Source: Macrostomum lignano (lineage: Eukaryota). Taken from it: a stretch of DNA of 64,000 bases. This document shows positions 1 to 33,400 of the stretch, piece after piece. The notes under the pieces were generated by a model. The model saw only the letters and a program-made list of their open reading frames with translations, was not told the origin of the DNA and did no database searches. The number at the start of each line of letters is the position of its first letter. Within the stretch, counting starts at the first letter, position 1. The stretch lies in the NCBI GenBank assembly GCA_002269645.1, contig NIVC01000112.1, forward strand, positions 144,520 through 208,519, written 5' to 3'. The translations under genes and the position numbers were made by a program.

Positions 1-153
1 GTCTGAGACTCGCTTCATCTGCAGTTTCGGTTGGGCTTGAAAATTATTGTTAAATTTGCATACTGCTCTCCCTAGCAACCACCTAGATACCGAACCATTC
101 ACACCCTAGCAACCACCTAGATACTGAACCAAGCACTCCCTAAAGAATCTCAC

Positions 154-9637
<9,484 letters not shown>

Positions 9638-9798
9638 TTAATCTGAAGTTTATTTTGAAGCTAAATTTTCAGAATGTAGAGAAGATTTGCAGAAACAAAT
9701 TGAAATACGGAGCTATCGTTGAAAGACCTGAAGGATGTAACAACTTGAGCGTCAGAAATTATTATACGTGCGGCGGCGGTGCATTAATCACAAGGACT

Positions 9799-9821
9799 TT
9801 TCGAGAATTTTCTTCTAGAAT
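9799..9821. promoter_or_regulatory. Heat-shock element upstream of Hsp110
   Basis: TTCgaGAAttTTC (three alternating nGAAn units) followed by TTCtaGAA, about 170 bp upstream of the Hsp110 ATG. Confidence 0.7.
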
Positions 9822-10084
9822 AATTACTTTAGGAAAATTCTTGTCATTTTCAAAAGTTTATAAGCAAATAAATTTTAAATAGTTAGCAATTTTGAATGCT
9901 AGTTTTAACTTCTTGCCATCAAGTTTAAACATTTTTCAAGTTTTGTTTTAATACTGCATCGTAATTTTTCAAGACTATATACAAACCTCTCTCTCCTTAT
10001 AAATTTTATACAGAGCTTTATACAGAGCGTGTATATACATTATACATGTAATGCAACGTCATCAACAACGTACTAGAAATGATG

Positions 10085-10770
10085 ACCCCATGGTACAAAA
10101 TGCCGTAAAATGAAAGATCGCGTAAATTTTGGAGGCCCTAACGTGTTGTCCATTCTATAAATTAAAGCAATGCTAATTTTCACTGCCCCAGATCAAATGC
10201 AGTCGCGCCCTCACAAAATTCTACATTGATGCCCCGCAAAAAGTAAGAGTCATTGCGCGGATTTGTAAAGTACAGGGACTACATGTACTTTACACGAGTG
10301 CAGATTTTTATACGACATTGTCTATAAATTAAACACCGTGAAAAGTGGGTCCTGAACAAAAAAGCTCACTACACTCCTCTCAAAACAAAGATTGACAAAA
10401 GTCGAGTTGTTCATCTTTTAGAGGAATAAATTCTGTACAGAATGGCGAAAAAACAGCTTTTGATCTAAGTTCAATTGCAATAATTAATTCTAGGGGGGGG
10501 GGGGCTGGAAAAAACCAGTCTCCATTTTAAAACTATTTTCAGCATGATGTGGCCATGCAGTTTTCTGTCCCTATAGTTTAAGTGAGTCCCTGGATTTGTA
10601 ATTGAAAAAACGATCCGTCCCTATACATGTACATGAACTTTGACACATGCATATGTACGAGCTTTGGAGCGTATATCGCGATCCGCTCTTCGCTGTGTAT
10701 AGTTAGGATAAATTGGCCTCCAAAAACTTACACAATCTTTGAGTTTTACGCCTTGTTATTATTATGGTCC
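10085..10770. mobile_element. Possible degenerate MITE
   Basis: Imperfect inverted repeats: CGTAAAATGAAAGATCGCGTAAATTTTGGAGGCC (about 10103-10137) versus its diverged reverse complement at about 10715-10750. Confidence 0.35.
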
Positions 10771-11000
10771 TTGCAGAGAGGGCTTACATCACATGTATGA
10801 ATCTATACCTATGTAATGCATACTGTATCGTTTCCCTTTTTAAGAGCAGCTTTGATATTGCATGAACTAAATTACTATCGTCACTGGTACAGTAACATGT
10901 AAATTCTGTACATTACATGTATTCCGAAATTGATTGCAAGGACCACTAGAAGTTACCACTAGTAGTACGTGCACGTCTTTGTTTGACTGACATGCACATA

Positions 11001-14000
11001 CCCACATAACCAAAAACCTCGCCTCCACATCGGGGCGATACCGCCCGGCGATTCGTCTAAACATCGCCGAGCGATCGCCCTCATCTCGCCGAAATATCGC
11101 GGCTGTCCGCAGGGGCGATATCGTCCCGTATCGCCCGGCGATATCGTTTGGCGAGCAATTGGCGATGAATTGACGATACAGTTATAATTCTTGTTTAAAT
11201 GATAGCATTAAAAATGATTGAAAGAATCAACAGACACAGCTCAATACTGCAAATTTATTATTCCATCAGATAGCCTATAGCTTTCCTTCAAGTCGCTGGA
11301 GACGAAAACTCCACAAGTTCTTATTAATGCCTCCCGATTTTTGAATATATATTTTACTTCTAATGATGCTACTTACAGCAGCATGTATGGTGAAAATTCA
11401 GCTATAAATATGCAGCAGGCAGGGAGAGAAAAATATAATATAGGAGAAAAATAGCAATAGTTAGACTTGAGCACTACTTTCATTTGACAAATATTGAAGA
11501 CAAATGCTGGGCTGGTTGGCAATAAGAAAAAACATACATTTGACAAGTATGATGCATTCTTGTCAGACTCCTCGAATCTTTAAATGACTCAAAATTCGTA
11601 ACTTAATAAATTTTTGCCCTTTACAAAACCTAAGCCAAGTCAAAATGACACCCATAACAATAAAATTTCTTGATAATACCAGGCTGGCATGAACCTGTCT
11701 CAATTTGGTCATGCTAATAGAATGACGGTCATGTCATTACATGACTTGAAGTCTAAGGTGAAAAACCCAGATGACTAAAAAAAACAAAATATTAAATATT
11801 TCCGACTTCTTTAACAAGCAATTCGACAGTAAATATCGGTTACTTCACAATGGAAAAATTAAATGTAACAAAGTAAAATTCCAGTTACTTTGACTTATCA
11901 TGCTTGTGCAGAATATCACCCACATCAGAAGTATGCAGTTCAGTTAGTCACCAAATAAGTAATTCAAAGGAAGTCTAGAACTTTAAAGTATTTACCACAC
12001 TTTGACAGGATGGTACAGGAATGGGCCTCCCAGTCAGTCTCCGGAATTGAACCTTTGCTTCTGAGGACCTTCAGTCATTCATTGCTCACTCAAGGCCATT
12101 GGCATGTTGGTAGGCTGATAATTCATGCTTCGGGAGCATACTTGACAAACTGGCCCCCAAAATTGAGATTGTAGAACAGCATAAAGAAAGGATATAATTG
12201 CTTGCATAAATAAAGATGTGAACAAATTTTATTAAACTAGTAAAACTAGCATTTTTGGTCCAAATGATAAAATAACTAGGATAGTTCCATTTTATATCAG
12301 TTCATAAATTTGTAGCTATAGTCTAAATAGAGGTCTTTTGGTATGGAGAGTTCAAATAATGCATCCATTTTTACTACAAAAAATAACTAGGATAATCCTA
12401 ATATCAATGCTAAGTACCATAGCTATAACCTGTATAGGGAACAAGGTATTAGGGTAGGTAGAAGTATAATATAATATAGTATTATTTATAGTATTAGGCC
12501 TAGCCTAATCTTTAAAAGAAGCCCACTTTTCTATTTAAGATAAATAGCTACTATAAAATATATTAAAAATTGAGATCTAGTCAATTTGAAATGACTAGGC
12601 CTAGCCCTAGGGTAGCTAACCTAAACACCAAAAACCATGGCATAAGAAAATGGCTAAGTCAAAAAATATAGATATGGAAAAATGACAATAAACTATAGCC
12701 ACATATAGTATAGACTACTAGGCCTATATTGTAATTGATCTTTAATAGAGACTCACTGTTCTATCTAATTTCAAGATCAATGGCCATTATATTCTATAAA
12801 ATAAGTTTCTAGTTAGCATTTAACAAGAAGTCAAAGTCTAAAATAAGTTAACCTTAATACTTGGACCATGGGGAATATGGCCTATGGGTTATGGTTGGAA
12901 AGGCCTATTGTTCTATTCAAGAAGATCAATATCACCATTAATAGCTAGGTATAAAAATTTCCACTTGTCAAAAATCCTCCAAAATCCTAAATTTTACATT
13001 AGTAATAGTATTGACATTTGACAAAAGCAGTTTAAGATTTGGACATCAGCAAGTATTTTATACATCTGATCCTTAAGAAGTCCACAAAAGCTATCTTCTA
13101 CTTGTAGAATATAGGCTGGAGCTAGTTTAGCTATTTAGAATTTTCCAAAACCTAATCAATGCTAGATCAGGTTGAAATTGAAATGAACAATGAAGGAAAT
13201 TTAAGTTAGGCCCTAATCAACTACATTGGCAGTTGGCACTGATCTAAGTTCAGTAATAGTTATAATTTCTCTAAAAGAGCCAAAATGCATTTGAATTCTA
13301 GAAATGTAATTAAAAGTATGCGTCTACCAACATTTCGAGGTGCAAAATTGGCATCTGGATGTGCAAAAGAAATCTAAAAATGAAGTGCTAAAAACACAGT
13401 TTGACAAAATAAAACTCTGAGCACTGGACTACTGTTACTATCTACCACTATTTACCACAGTTTTTTGTTTCACAAATAATCTTGAGCGTAAGACATGTAT
13501 AACATATGTAAAAAGGGAACATGCGATCTGATGATCTGTCTTAATTCGATCAAGACCTCTGACTAGTTGTGCAGCGTCATTTTTAAAAGAGCATACATTT
13601 AACGCGTATTTTATCAAATTAATAAATGAATTTTGCAGTCAGAAACACAAAGCAGGACAAGACGACAAAAGAACATATTTTTTATTTTCATATATCAAAA
13701 CTGCAAATTTACCTTGATATACATCTTATTGGCATCAAAGTTTCAAGATGAACTTAAAAACAGCGCCAGCCAACCGCTAAAATATCGCGCCGCGATGCAC
13801 GAACTTGTTTATATGTACGGTACGATAGACCAAGAAGATAATGCTAAAACAGAAGAGCATCACTCGCTTGCAACTCACCATTCACGAAGTGACCTTAAAT
13901 TGCGAATAATACATGTGAGTGGGCTAAAATACATGTGAATTAAGCATGGATCGCATTCCCAACGTTGTTCTATCGCTCGGCGATAGTGCAATTATCGCCA

Positions 14001-14247
14001 AGGCATCGAAACTCAAGGTTTTGGCGATTTCGCAAGAATGCGCGCAAGATGGGCCAATATAGGTTTGAACTTCGTTTTAGTGTCTTTTAGACATATATAT
14101 AGGACTTTAGAGGCAATTTCCTATCGTATTGATTTATCGCCGATCGATATCGCTTAGATATTGCTTAGATATCGCCAGGCGAGATATCGCCTAATATTGC
14201 CACGCGATGGGGACGCAAGCCTTTGGCGAGATTCTTGGTTACGTGGG
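11001..14247. mobile_element. Non-autonomous DNA transposon with CCC termini and GATATCG-rich subterminal arrays (CACTA/EnSpm-like)
   Basis: 23-bp TIRs CCCACATAACCAAAAACCTCGCC (11001-11023) and GGCGAGATTCTTGGTTACGTGGG (14225-14247), 3 mismatches, with TA on both flanks. Clusters of (G/C)GATATCG(C) lie inside both ends. No transposase ORF seen. Confidence 0.6.
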
Positions 14248-14884
14248 TATACAAGATCAATGTACATTTACCTGGCCATATGAATAAAGTGAGCAATAAC
14301 TGGCGAGTTTCACCACAAACTCTGAGATGGAGCAAGAGCTCGAACTCGAGCAACTGCTCTGATCTGGGGCAGCTAGTTGCTCAATGTTCATATGAATAAA
14401 GAAATTTCTCAAATAAATGCGGAGCTATTTGCTCCTCATTCTGAGTAACTCCTTGGCACCTCTTGGCCATAGACGAAGAGAAAGCGGTCTCCGGCATCTC
14501 TCGTGTGTCGTATAAATCGCCTTATCTTTCGTCCTATAGCGTCTGTCTCGAAGTAGAAGTAAACAATTAGCTTAGCTTTGCGTCAGTTTGATTTCAACAG
14601 GAATTCAACAGAGATGGGCCCTGTAGAAACTGACTACGAAGAGGTCCCAGAAACCCAACGCTTTCACGAGAGAAGCGAAAGAGCCGCTTATACTCATACT
14701 CGCGATACACGTCCATACTGTGTCGCTCCATATATAGTTCTCGCTCCGCAGGCACTCTGTCTGGAATGAATTCGGCCATCTGGAATAACACAAGTAGCCA
14801 GTGGCAGGCCGTGGCTGGGAGATTCCCTTTCAAAGCAGTGGCTAAATGCTGCTCAACCAGTGAGTCTACTACAGAGGAGACTCA

Positions 14885-16805
14885 ACTTAGAGCAGGGCGC
14901 GTCAGATGGCGCGCCGCAGAGCCTGGGAGCGAACAAAGTCCGCTCCGTTGGCAGTGTCGGGCGCCCCAGCGTCGCACAGCAGGCAGTCCACGTATCGACG
15001 GGTTCGGGCCTGACCCCGCCTGAACGGACCCTGCAAGGTGAGCAGCAGAAAGTCCTGAACAGGTTGGGGGCAGTAGCCCTCAGCCCGGATCACGTGACCC
15101 GCCAGTTGAGGTCGCCGCCGGCGCAGAATGATGGACGGGCGCTGCAGCTTGGCCCAATCGTACAGGGCCTCGGTCCCGACGCTCTCGTCAGCTCGAAAGG
15201 CCGCACGGAGCAGCCCTGAGTGCGCCGAGTCCAGCTGCCGCTCTAGCGTAGCCCTCAGCGTCCACGTCTCGGCGTTGTATAGCAGGACGGTTTCGACCAC
15301 CGCCTGCCACAGCCGAGCCCTCTGGCGGTCGGGCAGCGCTTCGGACTGGAGGACGGCCCGGATCGAACAAAAGGCCGCCCAGGCAAGTCCTCTGCGCCGC
15401 CGGAGGTCCTTCCACGTGGGGCACCAGACCGCCGAGGTAGGTGAACCGCGCGCTGGCAGCGTGCGAGCCTGGTCGTCTGCCCGTCTGCGAAGCGACATGT
15501 CAGGTCCGCTGGGATGTCGGCCGGCACAGTCAGCACCTCGGTCTTCAGCGTGTTGACGATCAGACCAACGCTCGATGCCACCTCGACCAGCCTGTCAATC
15601 TGGCGCTGGGCGCCTTCAACGGACGAGGACAGGAGGGCGAGGTCGTCAGCGTAGCCAAGCACGCTTAGGCGTTTTTCGCCGTGGCGGTGACCGATGCGTC
15701 TGCGCAGCAGGAAGCCGTCATTAGCCGAGGGGAGTGCGGTCCGAAGCACCCAGTCCAGCAGCAGAACGAAGAGGAACGGCGCTAGCGTGTCGCCCTGCAG
15801 AACTCCTGATGAGGTATCGAACAGGTCAGACAGGCCGTCCGCCGTCACCACAGCAGCTCGAGTATCGCAATACAGCGCCATGACAGCGTCGATTAGCTGC
15901 TGGGGTACCCGGTAGGCTCGAAGGACGAAGGGAAGCGCGGCTCTCAACACCGAGTCAAACACCTTTCGAAAGTCAACGAAGACAATGATCAGCGTAGACT
16001 GGCGGATGCGCGCCTCCTCGATGACACGGCGGAGTGCGAGGATCTGTGTCACTGTACCGCGTTGCGGCCGGAATCCGTTCTGCTCGTACCGCAGGTACGG
16101 GTCCAGCACCGACTGCAGACGATCGAGCAGCAGCCGGTTGAAGAGCTTCGCGGTGCAGGACATCAGCGAGATCCCGCGGTGGTCTTCCTTCCGCATTGTC
16201 CCTGCCTTCTTTGGGATCGGCACGATGTGCGCGACTGTCAACTCGGTAAGCGCAAGAGCGCCGGCGAGCACGCGGTTCATGACGCCTGTGACCTGGGAGG
16301 CCACACAGCGGAGCCGCAGCGCTTCGACCGGGACTTCATCGGGGCCGAGCGCCTTGCCGCCTGATGTTTTCCGAGCGTACAGCACAACATCCTCCGTGGT
16401 GACTGGCCTGGTGCAGAAGTCCTCCTCAGCTGGGAGCGGCGTGTCCAGTGGGAGCGCAAAGCTGGCGGGCAGCGGCGACGCGGGCGCGTTCACGATGCCG
16501 GCGAAGAAGTCGCGCAATTCATTCCTGCGCTCCTCCGGGGTGTCGCCGGCCAGGTTCAGCGCCACGCGCTTTTTGCGCCCCGTCAGAGTCCGGACGGCCG
16601 TCCACACTGCGCGGCTCTTCACGTCGGGGCCGGCTGCAGTGATGGACCTAATGGCGTCGTCGACAGCGGCCTGCTGCCGCTCGTCTAGAAGGCGCTCAAA
16701 TGCATCTTCAGCGTCGCCTGTGGGCCTCCGGTTTCTGCTGAGTCGCTCGATGTTGAGCCGCGTCTGCCTGATGATGGGACCTCGGATGTCAGTGCTGTCA
16801 TGAAC
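14885..16805 (-). mobile_element. 5'-truncated RTE-type non-LTR retrotransposon (RT pseudogene)
   Basis: Minus-strand RT with KALGPDEV, HRGISLMS, EQNGFRPQR, FVDFRKVFDSV, GVLQGDTLAPFLF and LGYADDLALL, then FTYLGG and VLLYNAETWTL. Two frame disruptions at about 15410-15450. No endonuclease domain. Ends ...GCCCTGCTCTAAGTTGAGT. Confidence 0.9.
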
Positions 16806-17354
16806 ATGTCAAGACAAATTGTCTATGACCAGAGTTAATTCATACAGTTTTTTGTTCTTATTTCTCCCCCTTGTTTTCTATCCTATCTGTCCATCAAGCA
16901 ATTCTTTCTATTTAACTTTGGATGTTTTACGAAAATTATACAAAAAGTACGAGTACATGTCAAGGACTGCTAAAGTAGGACTCAACAAGCTCGAACTCTA
17001 TGGAAAATGCCTTGAAGGCCACTTTTCGCCGAAAAAGACACTACGGGGATAGGAAGTTTTCATTTTTCAGCATAAAAATTGTTATTGTTTTCGATAGGAA
17101 GCAGATCCAATGTTCATCTTTTGCTATAGAAATTGTGCCTTTCTTGATAGCTCTATTGATCGATATTCATAAAGCTTTTTGTTCAGAAAATTAGGACTCT
17201 TGTTAATTTTTTATTCTACGTACATTTTCTTGTACCTTAAAAACCATAAAAATGCATGTCACAGTAGAGCTGAGCCGCGCCAATTTAATGGTTTTTAGAC
17301 ACAGGACATGCAATTGTACGTAATTGCGTCTGTAGCAAGTGCACAACTCACCCC

Positions 17355-17630
17355 CACCTGGCCAAACCCGGTTCTCTCCGACGTTTGCAGGCCCGCGAGA
17401 GAATCCCGCTGCTCGCTTGGTACCTCAGGGACACGGGACAAACTGAGTTCTCCCCCACCGCCGGTGAGGAGGACCGCGCTGCAGGCGAGACTGACGGGCC
17501 CCCCTGAGCGACATCGCTTCAATGGAAGTCATTGGTCGCCAGGGGCTAGCGAAATTGGCGCGGTCTCCTCCGCCTCCTCGCTGCATCCGCCGGACGCCCC
17601 TTGCAGCTAAGTCAAAGTAAGTGTCAAGTA
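17355..17630 (+). mobile_element. 3' fragment of a non-LTR retrotransposon (copy 1)
   Basis: About 270 bp matching 46133-46410 in inverted orientation. Both copies keep the frame IPLLA(W/R)YLRDTG...GEEDRAAGETDG(P/S)P-stop and end in an AAGT-type tail. Confidence 0.65.
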
Positions 17631-18425
17631 CATGTGCAATGCATGTGCATATTAGCTGTGCAAAGCTGAGATGCCAATTGCGGATGCCACCGTGCTGCGG
17701 TCTGTAAAAGTCTAATAACTTTATCTACAGCTCTATCTCTAGCGAGCTAAAATAACCGAAACGAAAACAAACATTGTTGCAATTAAACCGACTTAGGCAA
17801 GTTTCCAGAGCCCATGCAGGCTTATCTATACTGATTTCTATTGCCAGTAAATGATAACAAATATTTTGGCCAACATGTGTCCGACTTGCTGCACCGAAGC
17901 TGCACTGTTATACATTAAGAAGCAAGCAGAATTTTTAGTAACCGTTACGTAATGCCCGGGAATATGATATAGCTGGCTCTCATATAGCGCATGTCTGTAA
18001 TTAGTGCCCATTAATTCTGTGCATAAATATAGAAATTACTTCAAAGTAGAAAAAAAATCTGCAGTAAAATGATGTCTGTTAGTTAAACTTTGCATGCTTG
18101 CACACTGCGGACACACCGCAGCAGCTGCCACATGCAACTCAAACAGTTGTTGAGTCGAGCCCCTCAGCGCGCGCATTCTTATCTAACTGGCAGAGAAACT
18201 TTAAAAGATAACTATCTCTCCAACTAAGGCTTGGCTGCCTTGGCCATGCATGCAGTGAGCAGCGGGTCCTATAGCTCAGTCTTCTTCTGTAGAAGCTAAA
18301 AAGCAAAAAAAATCTCTCCGTTTTTAAACTGTCAAGGATTTCGCCTCAGCTCACTTAAGCTCAAAGAGAATTAGTTCCACAATATACTATCATTCATTTC
18401 GAGCTGCCGAACTGGAACATTGCGA

Positions 18426-28045
<9,620 letters not shown>

Positions 28046-28888
28046 AAAGTTCCCGAAAGGTGTCGTAAATGATTGACTATCACAAGATATTACATTATTG
28101 GTAACTTACAGTCTGTACTTTGCTTACCCCAGAGTTGCCTGCCGATAAAGCAAATTCAATTGATTTTAATTGAGCGCACATTTTCCAACAGCATCTCAAT
28201 AAAACATACTCGTACTGACTGATTGTTTTATCTATTTTTATATACTGTATCCGATTTTACTCACCTAATTAGACATCCTAAACAAAACAGTTCCAAATCT
28301 TTCCTCATGTTCACAGTGAAGTCCCACTTGAAGCTATGGTTTGTACGAGTGCTACAATGTTGTAGTTTAGACTTGCTCTTCTAGCAGTGGCCCTTGGTTT
28401 AAAAGTCCATTAGGGAAGGTGGTCAACTTTATTCAAGCATATTGGACCATGGACAACAGGTTTATTGATAGAATAGCAAAAACAAAAATGTGTCACTTTC
28501 TTGTAGCCAATAGTCGAATTCACGGTCCGCTCCCCAGTTAGACCGGTGTTTGATGAAACTCCACAAGGTACGCCATCACCTAACACAACCCGGATGTAAG
28601 TTCGGAAATTTTGTTTTCTAATGATAGGCAATGATTGGTCACAAACATTTTTCTTCTGAAACGGGTTCCTAAATGTCTATTAGGGGTCACAGGGTGCATA
28701 TTTACTCTATGGTTAGAATATGGGGCTTCGGCCCCTCACTTCTAAGCGACGCTCTGCCTCTGCACCCCCGCTAGCAGCGGGAAATGTCTATGGTAAAAAG
28801 CCTACCTAACAACACATTATTATCACCCCTCCTCTTTTTCGAGTTGTTGTCTATGGCCAAACTAACCAACAGAAGAAGACCAAAAAGG

Positions 28889-29125
28889 CAGGGGCTGTGT
28901 GCACCCATAAGCGACATTGTCTCACAACTGGTGAGAGGCATTATTGCCCACTCCGCCGACTCCCGCGGATGCGTACGCAGTCATACGCACAGGCAAACCC
29001 TCACACAGGAGTGTACAGCGGCCCTAACTTTATTTATCGTTAGGCATGTACACTTCACTGTGCCTTGGGGTGGGGGTTGGCCTTCAAGGGCGTTAATTGC
29101 ACGAGCAGAGCCAAGCCGAGATTCC
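28889..29125 (-). mobile_element. Headless copy of the 27593-27755 repeat
   Basis: Direct similarity to 27593-27755 from CAGGGGCT to GAGATTCC. Confidence 0.5.
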
Positions 29126-29754
29126 AATTGCAAATGCAGAACATGCATAGAATTCACATGCCAGTACATTCAATGTACATTTCGTATTCCAAATATTTCA
29201 CACTCACTAAGACCATCTTTCATGCGCTATAACCAAGCTAAGAAATTCGGACTAATAATATAAACACATAAAACAAGTTTTTTTCGATATAGAATTGCTT
29301 AACAATATGACAAAGAGTATCTTTTTTTATTTATTTTTTCTTTCAAATGTAAACAAAACTGAAATTTATGTATCACTATTGTTTTGACCTTCATTTGTAC
29401 GCTGTTGGCAACAACAATCAATATGTAGCTGGCATAATGCCGAAGAAAAAAACGTCTTTATTCAGCAGAAAAATTGCACTTAGAGAATCTGGACGGATAT
29501 TAATAAAAGGCCAAAGGCAAAATAAAAAGGTGAAATAAAAGCAGAAAATCTGGTGACTAGAGATTAGACAAATCATAGTAAAACAGGATCGATCACAGGA
29601 CTACTGCAAAAAGATAAATGGTAAAATTTAACGCGGGTTTGTGCAAAAAAGTACATGTTAAAATTGTTAAAGAAAATAGTCATTGGTATTTTTATCCGGC
29701 GAACAAGACTACTTGTCAGTAGCATCACAGTAGTTTAAGACACCCCGCCTCTGC

Positions 29755-29929
29755 CTACAGCAGCTGGCAGGAGCAGCAGGAGTTGCTGGGCTGAGCGGCA
29801 CCGCCTGCGGGCGGCTGCTGCTGCGGAATGTAAGAGAAACTCGGCGGCAGGTCGAAGCTCGGGCCATCGAACAGCATCCTGCGGGTGCAGTGCCGGGCGG
29901 CTGTCTGTCTGTCTGTTTGTCTGTCTTAA

Positions 29930-29978
<49 letters not shown>

Positions 29979-29981
29979 TAA

Positions 29982-30020
<39 letters not shown>

Positions 30021-30071
30021 GTGTGTCTGTCGGTCTATCTGTCTGTCTGTCTGTCTGTCTTTCTGTCTGTG

Positions 30072-30142
<71 letters not shown>

Positions 30143-30169
30143 CTGTCTGTCTGTCTGTCTATCTGTCTA

Positions 30170-30200
<31 letters not shown>

Positions 30201-30299
30201 GTCTGTCTGTCTGTCGGTCTGTCGGTCTGTCGGTCTGTCTATCTGTCTGTCTGTCTGTCGGTCTGTCTGTCTGTCTGTCTGTCTATCTGTCTGTGTGTG

Positions 30300-30354
<55 letters not shown>

Positions 30355-30361
30355 CTGTGTG

Positions 30362-30436
<75 letters not shown>

Positions 30437-33400
30437 GTGTGTTTGTCTGTCTGTCTGTCTGTCGGTCTGTCTGTCTGTCGGTCTGTCTGTCTGTCGAGAG
30501 CTCAAACAGTGAACTGTGAACACAGTATTGAACGCACCTGACAACGGTGAGTCGGTATTGTCCGTTGTAAGCCAGCTCAGGCCTGTAGGTGAGCTCTGTA
30601 TTAATGGACGCAGCAGTCGGGTCCACGTACATGTTGAATGTCTCGGCAGTGAGAACTCTACAGTCTGAAAGCAAGAGCAAGTTTCAAAGTAGTTTATGAG
30701 CAATGTAGTTTGTGGGGACTCTAATTTATGAGGATTCTAGTTGTCCCAGATTGAGGAATCAGAAGCGCACGCAGACACTGGAGCCACTCACTGGCCTTGG
30801 CGGCGCCATCAAGCAGTCGCTGCATGAATCTGTTCAGCGGTTCGAAACTCTTCACCGAGATCCGGTCGGGCACAAACAGCTTCGAGGTCACCAGGCCCGA
30901 GTTTGTGGACAGGCCCGTCTGTAGCCCGGCTGTGAGAGGCGACTTCACGTAGGCCACCTGGGTGGGGAATTGATGAGGGATTTGGTTTGATTTCAGATCT
31001 ATCACTTCTGTACACACTTTCTTTGAACACACATCCCTGTGTACAATCCTTGTACACACCGCTCTGTACAAACCTCTGTACACACATCTGTACACACCCA
31101 TCTGTACACACCCATCTGTACACATCCATCTGTACACACCCATCTGTACACACCCATCTGTACACATCCATCTGTACACACCCATCTGTAAACATCCATC
31201 TGTACACATCCATCTGTACACATCCATCTGTACACATCCATCTGTACACACCCATCTGTAAACATCCATCTGTACACACCCATCTGTAAACATCCATCTG
31301 TACACGCCTCTGAACAAATATCTGTACACATCCATCTGTACACATCCATCTGTACACGCCTCTGAACAAATATCTGTACACATCCATCTGTACACGCCTC
31401 TGAACAAATATCTGTGCATACCTATCCGTACACACATCTGTACACATCCTTCTGTAAAAATCTCTGTACCGGTACACCTCTCTGTACACATCTCCCCTGA
31501 GCACAGCTCTCCTCACCCGGATGCAGGTGTGCTCCCTGAAGGGCACGCCAGCCGGCAGGAACTCATAAGACATGTTGCCGTCAAGTTGCAGCAGTTTGTT
31601 CATGTTGCTGGGCCCCAGCTGCTGCTGGTCGTCCGCCTCGCGTTGACTGCGCAGAGCGATTTGCACCGGGCTCATTAGGAAGTCTGCGGGTGTATCGGTA
31701 TGGGTATGGGACACTTTTGCTAGGTAAGCACACGTGGGAGACGTGGGAGACAGGAAAAGGCAGGTTAGATAAAGGATAGGAATGATAGAGATTATAGGAG
31801 ATGAGAGACTACTCGTAGAATAGGGGGAAGGAGAGACGAGGGGAGATAAGAGGGGAGACGGGAGAGAGGAGATGGGAGATGGGAAGTGAAAGAGGGGAGA
31901 CGGGATAGGGGAGATGGGAGATGGGAGAGGGGAGATGGGAGACGGGAGAGGGGAGATGGGAGACGGGAGAGGGGAGATGGGAGACGGGAGAGGGGAGATG
32001 GGAGACGGGAGAGGGGAGATGGGAGACGGGAGAGGGGAGATGGGAGACGGGAGAGGGGAGATGGGAGGGGAGACGGGGGAGAGGGGAGATGGGAGATCGG
32101 AGAGGGGATATGGGAGATGGGAATTGGAAGAAGGGAGACGGGATAGGGGAGATGGGAGACGGGAGAGGGGAGATGGGAGAGGGGAGATGAGAGATCGGAG
32201 AGGGGAGATGGGAATTGGAAGAAGGGAGACGGGATAGGGGAGATGGGAGACGGGAGAGGGGAGATGGGAGGGGAGACGGGAGAGAGGAGATGGGAGACGG
32301 GAGAGGGGAGATGGGAGGGGAGACGGGAGAGGGGAGATGGGAGACGGGAGAGGGGAGATGGGAGACGGGAGAGGGGAGATGGGAGATCGGAGAGGGGAGA
32401 TGGGAATTGGAAGAAGGGAGACGGGATAGGGGAGATGGGAGACGGGAGAGGGGAGATGGGAGGGGAGACGGGAGAGGGGAGATGGGAGACGGGAGAGGGG
32501 AGATGGGAGATCGGAGATGGGAGGGGAGACGGGAGAGGGGAGATGGGAGATCGGAGAGGGGAGATGGGCAAGGCAAGAGAGTAGAGACAGAACAAGTACA
32601 TAGAGCACCAACCGCAGGTGGTGATGTTGAAGCTCTGCACGTCGGTGATCCGAGCTCCGGTGAGAGTGGAGGCAAACGACAGCGCATTGGTCAGAACAGT
32701 CTGGTAATCTTCGTATCGATTTGGCGCGGGAATGATCATGCTGTGCCTGTGCAAGTTGCTGTGCATTTGGCGGGGCTTGTAGTCCGGGTGCACGTCTGGC
32801 ACGAATACCTGGATAGAGTTAGCGGGAGACTTGGTATTATTGGATTCCTATCAAGCATATCTCTCTTGTCAATGTTTTAAGGCTCTTTCTTATAGGGTTT
32901 TAGGGCGATTTCTTATAGGGTTTTAGGGCGATTTCTTATAGGGTTTTAGGGCGATTTCTTATAGGGTTTTAGGGCGATTTCTTATAGGGTTTTAGGGCGA
33001 TTTCTTATAGGGTTTTAGGGCGAATTCTCATAGGGTTTTAGGGCGATTTCTCATAAGGTTTTAGGGCGATTTCTCATAGGGTTTTAGGGCGATTTCTCAT
33101 TGGGTTTTAGGGCGATTTCTCATAGGGTTTTAGGGCGATTTCTCATAGGGTTTTAGGGCGATTTCTAATTGGGTTTTAGGGCGATTTCTTATAGGGTTTT
33201 AGGGCGAGTTCTCATAGGGTTTTAGGGCGATTTCTTATAGGGTTTTAGGGCGATTTCTAATTGGGTTTTAGGGCGATTTCTAATTGGGTTTTAGGGCGAT
33301 TTCTCATAGGGTTTTAGGGCGATTTCTAATTGGGTTTTAGGGCGATTTCTTATAGGGTTTTAGGGCGATTTCTTATTGGGTTTTAGGGCGATTTCTTATA

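Noticed and set aside
14560-14790. Possible Harbinger transposase N-terminal remnant (YREYEYKRLFRFSRESVGFL) on the minus strand
   Set aside because: The resemblance is short, the frame breaks immediately, and no catalytic motifs or TIRs are visible.
15128-16803. Plus-strand ORFs overlapping the RTE and gypsy elements (also 57020-58486)
   Set aside because: Antisense shadows of GC-rich RT/gag coding sequence.
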